Below the pieces are notes generated by a model that had not been told where the DNA came from, made no database searches, and saw only the letters and a program-made list of their open reading frames with translations. This document shows, one piece after another, positions 1-8,638 of a stretch of DNA of 12,527 bases (within the stretch, counting starts at the first letter, position 1; each line of letters starts with the position of its first letter). This stretch comes from Candidatus Thorarchaeota archaeon (GTDB lineage Archaea > Asgardarchaeota > Thorarchaeia > Thorarchaeales > Thorarchaeaceae): the NCBI GenBank assembly GCA_046482545.1, contig JAWOEX010000033.1, forward strand, positions 1 to 12,527, written 5' to 3'. The translations under genes were made by a program, and so were the position numbers.

Positions 1-37
1 TCCACAACGACTCGATGAAGGTGCGACCAAGCGTGGT
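1..37 (+). repeat. Junction repeat copy 0 (right end only): truncated 5' part of gene X
   Basis: Bases 1-37 are identical to 7987-8023, then diverge abruptly. The gene X frame (HNDSMKVRPSVV) stops at TAG 54-56. Confidence 0.9.
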
Positions 38-155
38 TAGTAGCTTTCCATCATAGAAGTATCATCAGGGAGACCGGTGAAGCCCTGTGATACCTATTCA
101 ACCACAATCCTAGCTTCATCCGATCCTGAAACTCTTATGGAGCTCTGTTTCATGG

Positions 156-1052
156 CTAAAATAACAGTCGTGCAACAGGGCGGTCCCTATCATTTTCCGT
201 CGTGTCTATCTTGGAGCCGGCCTTGGCTATGCCCTCAAGCCCAATCATGTAAGAGCCCTGAATGAATTCGGACATGGGGAAGTAGACGGTTAGCGTGTCA
301 TTCTCGACATGGGCACTTGTATCATAATCCCTGTCCAATACACCATCTTGGTATTCAATGTAGTAAAGATGGACTTGATCTTCATTCGGTCTTTTCCTGA
401 TGATGCTGATTCCGTATATGCACACCATGGGATTTGAAGAATCCGTTCTGTTTCTGATGTCTCCCACAACCCTCATTTCGAGTACGATAACGTTGCCAGT
501 TCGGTTTGAGCTCAAGTGGATTATATCGACGTTCGGATCTGATACATCCCCTTCCGGGTCTGTGTGGGTGATATTGGCCCGGTGGACAGGCATGTGACCA
601 ATGAAGATAATACTTGGAATCCCGATAACAACGATGATGATTACTGCAAGAACTCTTCTTCTAGGCAGTTTCGACCTAAGGAACGACCAGATTGAGAGGT
701 CTTCCGCTGGCTCGAATGGCTCTTCAATCGCTTTTTCTCTCCAGTCATGCAGATACCACTTTAAGGCATAGGCGATCACTAGCGCTGAAATAATGATTGC
801 AAACAGTATACCGAGGAATCCGATTTGTGATTCAGGTTCTACTCCGGTTGTCGTCACCGTGGTTATGGTTTGAAGCTTCGGACAATAATGTGTGACTCGA
901 GATGATGGTTCCCCCAATATTGCTATCCTATGAAGGCACATTCGCTTTGAACCCTCTCTATGTAGGAAATTCTCAGAGGAAATAAGCCTTTTGCCATCTC
1001 CCGATTCAGGTTGCCTAGATCTCTTCACATATTTTTGAGAGAGAATAAGCAC
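156..1052 (-). CDS. Hypothetical membrane protein with two TM segments and a C-terminal extracellular beta-type domain; start uncertain, possibly 5'-truncated
   Basis: Long ORF with a Thr-rich linker (TITTVTTT), TM segments FLGILFAIIISALVIAYAL and VLAVIIIVVIGIPSIIFIG, then TDPEGDVSDPNVDI and several N-x-S/T sequons. The first ~60 aa look less protein-like. Confidence 0.65.
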   Translation of the reverse strand: MLILSQKYVKRSRQPESGDGKRLISSENFLHREGSKRMCLHRIAILGEPSSRVTHYCPKLQTITTVTTTGVEPESQIGFLGILFAIIISALVIAYALKWYLHDWREKAIEEPFEPAEDLSIWSFLRSKLPRRRVLAVIIIVVIGIPSIIFIGHMPVHRANITHTDPEGDVSDPNVDIIHLSSNRTGNVIVLEMRVVGDIRNRTDSSNPMVCIYGISIIRKRPNEDQVHLYYIEYQDGVLDRDYDTSAHVENDTLTVYFPMSEFIQGSYMIGLEGIAKAGSKIDTTENDRDRPVARLLF

Positions 1053-1403
1053 GCAGGAAGTCTCAACTCTGTCCCCAGATACAACTGTGGTTTTTTCCCA
1101 TGGATTTGTTTAATGCCCGTACGATGTGAACAGAGATGACGGGTCGATACTAGTCACTAGGATAGTGAACGTACCTATTGAACAGAAATCTATTGATGAT
1201 TACGTCGGTGAGGCCAATGTAGATGTTCGTGAAAGCTGATGATTTACGAATACTAAAGGTATCCACAAAGGTGATTAACAAACAGCTTACACGCGAACTT
1301 CAGGACATCAGGTTTGCGATATCATAGAATTACAAATGCTCAAATCCTTTGAAACATTTTGTAAGCTTTCGTTCCTCTAGTTTATTTCTCAGAGAAATCC
1401 ACT

Positions 1404-1883
1404 TTAATTTAACTTATTTAGCTTCGGATATACAACAATTGCTAGCCCCAGCCCAACCATAATTGCCCCGCCACTGAAAGCTCTCGTATTCGGCTCTTGG
1501 GTTACCACTTCGACGCATAGTATCAATAAATCAGGCGAGTTAGATGTGAACAGGAGAACATACAAGTCAGGATATGGTAAATCCAACATTCCCCTCCACG
1601 ACGTGATATTCTCAAAGCTCTTGACTGGTGCTATCGGATTTGATGTTCGGTTCTGAGCCATTGTGTCATTGGCATCTTGCCAGTGCATGAGGTACATGTT
1701 GAAATAGCCAAAACTATGATCCAGCGTTACGTTGACATAGATATCTTTATGCCCGTCAAAAACGAGTCCTTCTTGGTAGTTGCGTTTCACCACAAATACT
1801 GTATCCCTGTAGCTCCCCAAGACCAACGAGAATAACAATACGCCAAGACCAAGCACGATGAGAAGCCTACCGATTCGTTTCAT
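1404..1883 (-). CDS. Two-TM membrane protein, last gene of ABC exporter operon A; homolog of 11109-11600
   Basis: Hydrophobic helices at both termini. Begins 10 bp after the permease stop. SFENITSWRGMLDLPYPDLYVLLFTSN aligns with SIEDIRKYSGTPELGAPGQYVIFITTSN. Confidence 0.85.
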   Translation of the reverse strand: MKRIGRLLIVLGLGVLLFSLVLGSYRDTVFVVKRNYQEGLVFDGHKDIYVNVTLDHSFGYFNMYLMHWQDANDTMAQNRTSNPIAPVKSFENITSWRGMLDLPYPDLYVLLFTSNSPDLLILCVEVVTQEPNTRAFSGGAIMVGLGLAIVVYPKLNKLN

Positions 1884-1893
1884 CTGATCACCT

Positions 1894-2694
1894 TCATATT
1901 TCGCACCGCCTGAAAACCAGCAGTGTCATTGCCAGAAGTATCATCGACATAATGAACGAGATAATGAAACCGTTTAGCAGATCCATTAGTGGTAGAACTT
2001 CCACCTCATGCACAATGCTATATGCCGAGTTTCGAAGGAATTTGGCTGCCGCGTTGAAGGGGTTTACGACGACCCGAACAACACCTGGTATGTTTTGATA
2101 ATCCTGCAAGTACGATGTTACAAACGCATATACGATACCAAATACTGCCGTTACAGATACTCTTTGCGAGACAACTGCAACCAATGAGGACAACGACGCA
2201 AAGAAAATGACGGATAGCCACGTCGCTAACAAAGCAAGAATAACATCGTCAAGGCGTGGCAGTATGGGAAACGTAACTGGAACTGCAAACAAAATCGACG
2301 CTGTGATTGCTCCGGCGGGAATCAAAATAACGAGCATGACCTTACCTAGGAATAGCATTGTGCGCTTGACCGGGTAGGTCAACAGTGTCTGGATGTAGTT
2401 ATCCTCAAAGGATTTGGCGACCGCAAACGCTGAAACAACAGATACGATAATCGCCAACCATGTTGAACCGAGAAGGATTCCCCTCTCAAGCCTGAGTTTC
2501 GGAAAACCAATCACTGCATATTTGATAATATCGAAATCTCCCATTCGAAAAGACCTATCAAACCATGAGAACAACAGATTCCAGGATGGAATGAGAAACA
2601 GGAACGAAATGACTCCTTCTGCGACTGGAAATCGATAGGAGATTCCCAACTCTATCTTCAAAAGTGCCAACAACTTTGAAACTCTGTCTTTCAT
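1894..2694 (-). CDS. ABC-2 type transporter permease
   Basis: About 6 TM segments, ABC-2-like loop FEDNYIQTLLTYPVKRTMLFLGK, and an ATGA overlap with the ATPase stop. Confidence 0.9.
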   Translation of the reverse strand: MKDRVSKLLALLKIELGISYRFPVAEGVISFLFLIPSWNLLFSWFDRSFRMGDFDIIKYAVIGFPKLRLERGILLGSTWLAIIVSVVSAFAVAKSFEDNYIQTLLTYPVKRTMLFLGKVMLVILIPAGAITASILFAVPVTFPILPRLDDVILALLATWLSVIFFASLSSLVAVVSQRVSVTAVFGIVYAFVTSYLQDYQNIPGVVRVVVNPFNAAAKFLRNSAYSIVHEVEVLPLMDLLNGFIISFIMSMILLAMTLLVFRRCEI

Positions 2695-3599
2695 GAAATG
2701 ACCTCCCTAAATGCATCCTCAAGCGTACTTGTCTTCTCAATACTGTGTATTTCTATCTGACTAGAGGTTGCTCTTTGCTCAATGTCTGTACGAAGTCTGT
2801 TGATATTACCATTGAACCGGAATGAAACTACGTTGGAACCGAGAACACGCAGACCTTCAACCTTACCAAGGGAGTCAAGTTCATCAGCCAAGGTATAAGC
2901 TTTCGAACAGCGAACGCGATAGCGCCCCTTGGTGTACTTCTCAACAATCTTGTTCGTTGTACCTTGGACGATTTTTCGCCCTTGTTTCATGAATGCCACA
3001 TGCGTACATACTCGTTCCAATTCAGAGAGAACATGTGAGGCTATGACAAATGACACCCCAGATGCATGATGTAGTTGAGATATCAGATTCAGTATCCGCT
3101 CGCGTCCTGGCACATCAAGATTTGATGTAGGCTCGTCAAGGAATACCAACTCGGGTGACCCGGCGAAGGCCAGAGCGATCCCTAATCGTTGCTTCATACC
3201 TGCCGAGAGATTACCAATTTCCCTGTTTCGTGCATCCTGCAGATCGACCATCTCGAGCAGCTCATCTGGGTTTTTTCCGCTTCCATACAGGTGGATGACC
3301 TGTGAGAGGTAATCCTTGGCGCTCATACCGCTTGGGAGTGATGGTCGCTCATGCAGAACCCCAACTCGTTCCCGTATCTTGAATGAATCAGCAATATCGA
3401 TTCCAAGAACCCGGGCCGAACCCGAATCTGGTAATATGAGACCCAGTAAGATCCGTAACAGTGTCGTCTTTCCCGCACCATTAGGGCCTATGATTCCAAA
3501 GACGCCCGGTTCAATATGGAGATTCAATTCGTCAAGAGCCTGCACATCATCGAAAACCTTGCTTATGCCTGCAACCTCAACAGCATACTCCTCTTTCAT
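2691..3599 (-). CDS. ABC transporter ATP-binding protein (DrrA/BcrA-like exporter type)
   Basis: Walker A GPNGAGKTT, signature LSAGM, Walker B/D-loop LVFLDEPTSNLD, H-loop SH. GAGGT lies upstream on the minus strand. Confidence 0.96.
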   Translation of the reverse strand: MKEEYAVEVAGISKVFDDVQALDELNLHIEPGVFGIIGPNGAGKTTLLRILLGLILPDSGSARVLGIDIADSFKIRERVGVLHERPSLPSGMSAKDYLSQVIHLYGSGKNPDELLEMVDLQDARNREIGNLSAGMKQRLGIALAFAGSPELVFLDEPTSNLDVPGRERILNLISQLHHASGVSFVIASHVLSELERVCTHVAFMKQGRKIVQGTTNKIVEKYTKGRYRVRCSKAYTLADELDSLGKVEGLRVLGSNVVSFRFNGNINRLRTDIEQRATSSQIEIHSIEKTSTLEDAFREVIS

Positions 3600-4230
3600 A
3601 GGTAACCTCTCAAATCAACACAATGCTACGGGTTTGCGGTTCTCCCCACACTAGTGCCATGTATGATTGCCTTAGCACCTGTTTCATTCACATAAGAGCC
3701 TTTTTAGCCTTTTCTATTATTTTGGTTGAGAAACACTGAAATGTTAACGGGCTCAAGAAATTCGGAGTTGGAAGATAATCATAATGGCATTAATATATCG
3801 TCTTATTGCAGAGTACTTGTATCACGTTTGGTGTTCCGGTATGAGCGGAATCAAATAAGCAAATATTGTCTCGCACCAATTAATCCAAGTAACTTATTAG
3901 ACTCCGATTCTTGAAAGCTGTTCAATGGTTTTTGAATCGACCTCTTTAAATATGCCAAAAATGGATATTCTTGAAGCTGAAATTGCGAGTAATGCAACTA
4001 CGAAAAACCTAACGCTTACTATAGCTTTCTCCTGCTTCTTCCTGACTGGTACAACCTCTTCCAAGACTGGCCGAAATTGGCACTAGTGGTTTTTTCATAC
4101 CCGCCTTGATTCTACTCTGGCATACCGAGAAGCCGGTTGTATCATCAAATTGAAGGGAAATCATTCACATCCGCAAATTGATGGCAAGATGCGCCTTGGC
4201 TTTTCCTTCTAACCATTGTATGAACAAACC

Positions 4231-4263
4231 AAAATAAAAAAAAGACTCTAGAGCATAGGGTCT
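4231..4263 (-). terminator. Putative terminator after secreted protein A
   Basis: On the minus strand AGACCCTA-TGCTC-TAGAGTCT forms an 8-bp stem with one mismatch, followed by a long T run, just after the stop at 4268. Confidence 0.55.
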
Positions 4264-4267
4264 ATGA

Positions 4268-4834
4268 TTAGTGCTCTGGGCCGTATATATTTGCTTTAAG
4301 GTGAATGTCTCCTTGATAGAGGATACCCCACCAGACTTCTGCCTTAAGATCCGTAACGCAGATGGTATCGATGTCATGCCAGTATGTACGTGGATTACCG
4401 TTTGTGTAGGTGTCGTCGTAATCTTCGTCGCCTATGCATGTGAATTGTATTGCTTCAAGATGGGCACCGTATAGTATCCACTCTTCAAACATCTTATGTT
4501 CCTCACAGCTATATGCCTGATCGCCATCGTTGTAATGTCCATAGACATAAATCGTTACCTTTCCAAGATAGCCCTGAGCTACATCCTTATCCAAGTCAGT
4601 CCAGTCATAACGACTTGGAGTGAACTCAGCTTCAACATCATGCTTTACTGTATTTGGTCCAATGAATTCTGATTCAACACTGATTGAGCCATCCTTGGCA
4701 ATCAGCATTTCAACCTTAAAGGCATGCGTGACCATACCTTCGTCTTTATTGGATAGAGATGGACCAGATACTGCTGCCGACATCCCCATGACAATTGCAA
4801 TAATAGCTATAGTTAGAGCAAATCGTTTTCTCAT
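4268..4834 (-). CDS. Secreted hypothetical protein A (188 aa)
   Basis: Signal peptide MRKRFALTIAIIAIVMGMSA. GAGGAG RBS upstream. Acidic, aromatic-rich mature region. Confidence 0.85.
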   Translation of the reverse strand: MRKRFALTIAIIAIVMGMSAAVSGPSLSNKDEGMVTHAFKVEMLIAKDGSISVESEFIGPNTVKHDVEAEFTPSRYDWTDLDKDVAQGYLGKVTIYVYGHYNDGDQAYSCEEHKMFEEWILYGAHLEAIQFTCIGDEDYDDTYTNGNPRTYWHDIDTICVTDLKAEVWWGILYQGDIHLKANIYGPEH

Positions 4835-4842
4835 TATTTTTT

Positions 4843-4910
4843 AGCTCCTCTCTTGCGAATCAACCCCCGCAAGACGGTTATAAATTAAGCATTAAATCAT
4901 TTAAATTTTC
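4843..4910 (-). promoter_or_regulatory. Putative promoter/leader of secreted protein A
   Basis: Minus-strand TTTAAAT and TTTATAA boxes, inverted repeat TCTTGCG(4851-4857)/CGCAAGA(4868-4874), and GAGGAG RBS. Confidence 0.45.
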
Positions 4911-5221
4911 TGGGCATACTCGAATTGAGCCCAACAAGAATCAAAGCATCGAGTGACTTGTGCCCAGCCTTATTAGTTTGCTTCATATAGTAGTCAGCAG
5001 GATCATTCGGGGAAGATACTTACAGGTCGTCATTTTGTGGGTGAGGTTATGATATGTATAGATGTAGGTTATCCGTGGGCTCAAAGAACACCGTTACCTC
5101 GTTCAGGCAAGCCTTTTTCCGAGCGGAAACATCTGCCCGGTTCCTTGACCGCGTTCCTGACGTAGTCCCACTCCAAGCGCTCTAAATCCTTTGCTAGCAG
5201 CTCTTCGTTGAAGAGGTTAGT

Positions 5222-5467
5222 TACCGCTTCAATAATTACCCATATGTTTTCGTTCAATTGTTCGTTTACGCGCTCTACATGTTGTACAAGGAGCAGGGTG
5301 AGGATTTCGTGTCAAAACTCAAGGCGCTACTCGCTGCGGGTTCGAGCAAATCACCAGCTGAACTCGCAGAGGAACTCGGCTTCGATATCTCGTCTAAGAA
5401 GTTCTGGCAGAAGGGCATGAAGCAGTTCGAGGAATTCATCGGCATGCTTGAAGAAACAGTAGAATAG
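5222..5467 (+). pseudogene. pepF: 3' fragment of M3-family oligoendopeptidase F (repeat copy 1)
   Basis: Reads YRFNNYPYVFVQLFVYALYMLYKEQGEDFVSKLKALLAAGSSKSPAELAEELGFDISSKKFWQKG, matching the remembered M3B C-terminal pattern (FYNYPY.F...LY..Y...G..F...LLAAG.S.SP.EL...G.DI....FW..G). No HEXXH region upstream. Confidence 0.8.
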
Positions 5468-5497
5468 CCAATCAGGATTGGTATTCCCTGGAATGGA
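5222..5497 (+). repeat. Junction repeat copy 1
   Basis: 5299-5497 aligns without gaps to 7762-7960 (16 mismatches by hand count). It ends 2 nt after the gene X ATG (5493-5495). Confidence 0.95.
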
Positions 5498-5652
5498 GTA
5501 TCCGTTCGCATAGATACTAAATATACACAATAATCGGATCAAAGCGTTGCGGAATCCCAACGAAACAATCTATCTCCAATATGCAGGACGCGTACGAGGA
5601 CAAGATACTTATTAATATCAAAACCAATCTATGCTAGCTTGGGGGATGACTA

Positions 5653-7764
5653 TTGAATAATCATCGCCTTTCGGTGATACTTGGAATTTTCATTCTTTTC
5701 AGTCCGTATGCGGCTCTATACGGTCAACATCTTGGAGCAGGTCAACCTCTAGAAATGAATTTACCAAATGTCGGTAGCGGAACAATTGGCCCCTATGTGG
5801 ATAATATCATCTATGAGGTCATTTCGCAGCAAGATTCGGCCGTTCTCGCTCTGGAAGAGGGCGATGTCGACATGATTGGTGAGATGATTGACCCGGCCTT
5901 GGTGGGGGAGTTGAGGACAGCTCAGAACATCGAGATAGCTGAAACACCAAAGAACGGGTATGGTTACTTGACAATCAACTGCCGGAAATATCCATACAAT
6001 ATAACTGCATTTAGAAGAGCCCTAGCGTATGCTATTGACAAAGAAGAAATAGCCAATCAAGTATTCAATGGTCTAGCTACACCATTAGACAGTTGTGTTC
6101 CAAAGATTAACCCATTTTCAGCTGAGAATCAATTATCGCAACATTACTATGAAGCAGATATTGAGCGAGCTAACGAGATACTGGATGAAGCGGGTTTTGA
6201 TAACGTAGACAATGACAGTTTTAGAGAGGCACCAAATGGAGAAGATTTCGATGTTGACATAGAGCTCTTGTCTAGTATCGATTACGACTCGGAAATAGGT
6301 GATATGATTGTCAATGCTTTTGCAGATCTATCGATAGAAGCGAGTCATTCTGGACCTTGGTACTACAATTCCCTTGACAGACTGGCGTTCCACGGAGACT
6401 ATGACATGATGTGCCTCGGAACCGGTTTTCAGGACTTCGATGTCGATTGGCTTGCCTATGAATATTGGTCAGAGTACGTTGACAAGCCTTGGTACAATTT
6501 CCCAAATTTTCAGAATGAAACATATGATTCGTGGAGAGATGAATTGCTTTATTCAACGGACTACGGTGAAGTCTATGAAGCGGCCATCAAAATGCAAGAA
6601 GTACTTGTCGATCAGAGTCCGATAATAGTCCTGTATGAAAACCTCCAATGCTCAGCTTATCGAACTGACCGTTTTGAAGGTTTCAAGAATGACGTAGTCG
6701 AAAGCGTCCCAGGATACTGGACTAACCACAAGGTTCACCTCAAAGCCTCAGAGGGCGGCCCCTTCGGAGGTACGTTCACAAGGAGCATTCCGCTAGATGT
6801 ACAGACCTTCAATTTCATGGCAACGTCTACTGCGCATAACATGGATATTCTTGGGATGCTATATGATAGTCTGATCAGACGCAATTGGACCGGAGAGGAT
6901 ATCGGCTGGCTTGCAAAAAGATACAGCTTGGAGACCCACGAGGATAATCCAAATGTTCCGGAAAACCACACACGGATTACCTTTGAGCTGCATCCGAATG
7001 TGTTTTGGAATGATGGAAAAAAGCTCACTGCTCATGATGTCACCTTCACATTCAACTACTATCGCTGGGGGATAGACAATCCTTATGGAACTGGTCTACA
7101 GAATATGACCCATGCAGTTGCGATAGGAAACACAACAGTGGAAGTTGAATTTGAAACCGAGTCCTACTGGCACCTGCACTCAATAGGCTACAAACCGATT
7201 CTTCCTGGACATGTATTGACTCATATGGATCCGAAGAAATGGATGGAATGGGATCCAGACCCACGAGAAGAGGAAATGGTCACTTCTGGCCCATTCAACA
7301 TAACAGGGTATAGAGATGGAGAGTACTATAATATCAGCTACAATCCAAATTACTTCCATAACGCTCGAGAATACGGACCAGCAGTGAGCCATCCAGAAGA
7401 CATTTACTGCGATTTTCTCGATTTTATCAAACCAGTAGTCTGGGAAGTTGCTGATCTCGATTCCGGCAAATACTATGTGGAACTTGGTGGCACCACTATG
7501 AGAGAGGGAGTCTGGAATTCACCTAACGACTCAATAGTTGTCCAAACCGGAACTCTGCCGCCTGGCACTCACAATCTCACCTTGGTTATTGCTGATTCAC
7601 AGGGCAACACAGCTCATGACACGGTTTTGGTTTACGTAATAGGACCTATAGCTGTTGTTGCAACTATTGCCGCTTTTGCAGCCATCGGAGCTGCGGCCAC
7701 AGTGGTCGTAGTGTTAGCGTACCAAGAATATCACGAGATGAATATCAGTCGCGAAGCGTCATGA
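5653..7764 (+). CDS. Family-5 (OppA/DppA-like) peptide ABC substrate-binding protein with C-terminal membrane anchor
   Basis: Signal peptide, motifs ALEEGDVDM, FRRALAYAIDKEEI, LYDSL, FWNDGKKLTAHDVTFTF and SGPF...YNPNYF, and a C-terminal TM. TTG start preceded by GGGGGA and an AT-rich box near 5609-5618. Confidence 0.92.
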   Translation: MNNHRLSVILGIFILFSPYAALYGQHLGAGQPLEMNLPNVGSGTIGPYVDNIIYEVISQQDSAVLALEEGDVDMIGEMIDPALVGELRTAQNIEIAETPKNGYGYLTINCRKYPYNITAFRRALAYAIDKEEIANQVFNGLATPLDSCVPKINPFSAENQLSQHYYEADIERANEILDEAGFDNVDNDSFREAPNGEDFDVDIELLSSIDYDSEIGDMIVNAFADLSIEASHSGPWYYNSLDRLAFHGDYDMMCLGTGFQDFDVDWLAYEYWSEYVDKPWYNFPNFQNETYDSWRDELLYSTDYGEVYEAAIKMQEVLVDQSPIIVLYENLQCSAYRTDRFEGFKNDVVESVPGYWTNHKVHLKASEGGPFGGTFTRSIPLDVQTFNFMATSTAHNMDILGMLYDSLIRRNWTGEDIGWLAKRYSLETHEDNPNVPENHTRITFELHPNVFWNDGKKLTAHDVTFTFNYYRWGIDNPYGTGLQNMTHAVAIGNTTVEVEFETESYWHLHSIGYKPILPGHVLTHMDPKKWMEWDPDPREEEMVTSGPFNITGYRDGEYYNISYNPNYFHNAREYGPAVSHPEDIYCDFLDFIKPVVWEVADLDSGKYYVELGGTTMREGVWNSPNDSIVVQTGTLPPGTHNLTLVIADSQGNTAHDTVLVYVIGPIAVVATIAAFAAIGAAATVVVVLAYQEYHEMNISREAS

Positions 7765-7930
7765 GGAGTTCGTGCTGAAGCTCAAGGCGCTACTTGCTGC
7801 GGGTTCGAGCAAATCTCCAGCTGAACTTGCAAAGGAACTCGGCTTTGATATCTCATTCAAGAAGTTCTGGCAGAAAGGCATGAAGCAGTTCGAGGAATTC
7901 ATCGGCATGCTTGGAGAAACAGTAGAGTAG
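7762..7930 (+). pseudogene. pepF: 3' fragment of oligoendopeptidase F (repeat copy 2)
   Basis: EEFVLKLKALLAAGSSKSPAELAKELGFDISFKKFWQKGMKQFEEFIGMLGETVE*, homologous to copy 1, with no start of its own. Confidence 0.8.
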
Positions 7931-8285
7931 CCAATCAGGATTGGTATTCCCTGGAATGGAAGACCTCGCGACACAAACACTTCATCTCCACAACGACTCG
8001 ATGAAGGTGCGACCAAGCGTGGTAGAGACCTCAGACTGGGATAGGGATGATGTCCGGTTCAGTATATGGTGGACTGGGAACCAGGTCAAACCACCGGGCT
8101 CTATCAGGAGGCACCAAGTTATCAGAGGCAAGAGCGTTACCATCGACCTTGACTGGGAGAATGCTCTTGCAGGGTACAACAAGGTCTATGCATCGATCAA
8201 GGTGAAGACCTCCAAGGAGCTATCACAGGACTTCTGGATCAACAGGACAATATCTAGTAGTGAGGACAAGATAACCGTTGACCTA
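7762..8285 (+). repeat. Junction repeat copy 2 (at least to 8285; true right end cannot be determined in this window)
   Basis: 7793-8285 aligns without gaps to 12035-12527 (offset 4242). Confidence 0.95.
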
Positions 8286-8561
8286 TCCCGTTTGACAAGT
8301 GACGATACTGGTCTACCATTGTGGGTGTCCCATGGTTCTGACTATATCTCTCCGGTCATTCTTGTCCGGCTCTACCAAGAGAATCCACTTCGTACTGATT
8401 TTTGGGAGGAACCTATTAGGCGGGCTGAAGACGAGAATCGATGGAGGATTGAGTTCAAGAAGATACGGACCGCAGGAGAGAGATACTGTTCAAGGTGGCC
8501 CTTCATAGCATCCACCGACAGAACCACCTGGAGTGTGCTGGAAAGTGTTTCACTTTACTAA
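7956..8561 (+). CDS. Gene X, hypothetical protein (201 aa from the ATG; may be 3'-truncated)
   Basis: The ATG is conserved in copies 1-3. The frame is preserved against copy 3 with many synonymous changes, which supports real coding sequence. Family not recognised. Confidence 0.75.
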   Translation: MEDLATQTLHLHNDSMKVRPSVVETSDWDRDDVRFSIWWTGNQVKPPGSIRRHQVIRGKSVTIDLDWENALAGYNKVYASIKVKTSKELSQDFWINRTISSSEDKITVDLSRLTSDDTGLPLWVSHGSDYISPVILVRLYQENPLRTDFWEEPIRRAEDENRWRIEFKKIRTAGERYCSRWPFIASTDRTTWSVLESVSLY

Positions 8562-8574
8562 GCCGAAATTGTAG

Positions 8575-8638
8575 CAATATTTATATATTGATAATGATTA
8601 TATTTTTTTTTTGATTGTTCATTAGGGGGTTAAAGGAA
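8575..8638 (+). promoter_or_regulatory. AT-rich promoter region of secreted protein C
   Basis: TTTATATA at 8580-8587, a T run, and GGGGG/AAGGA before ATG 8639. Confidence 0.45.

Noticed and set aside
3726-4075. ORF 3726-3914 (+) and a hydrophobic minus-strand frame near 3898-4075
   Set aside because: Short, with no convincing start or recognisable family. Possibly debris, but unsupported.
3649-4088. 11-bp inverted repeat CACTAGTGCCA / TGGCACTAGTG as a MITE
   Set aside because: It does not extend, has no target duplication, and 11-mer matches are expected by chance in 12.5 kb.
5258-5467. Stand-alone 69-aa small protein family
   Set aside because: Peptidase-like similarity continues upstream of the TTG, and the copies begin at different points, so these are gene fragments.
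5275-5560. Minus-strand ORFs repeated at each junction (also 7759-8016, 7982-8182, 11962-12258, 12224-12424)
   Set aside because: These are antisense shadows of the pepF tail and gene X. The substitution pattern fits the plus-strand frame.
6048-6059. AATAGCCAATCA inside the binding-protein gene matching the repeat junction
   Set aside because: Only 12 bp, inside a conserved coding motif, so probably chance.
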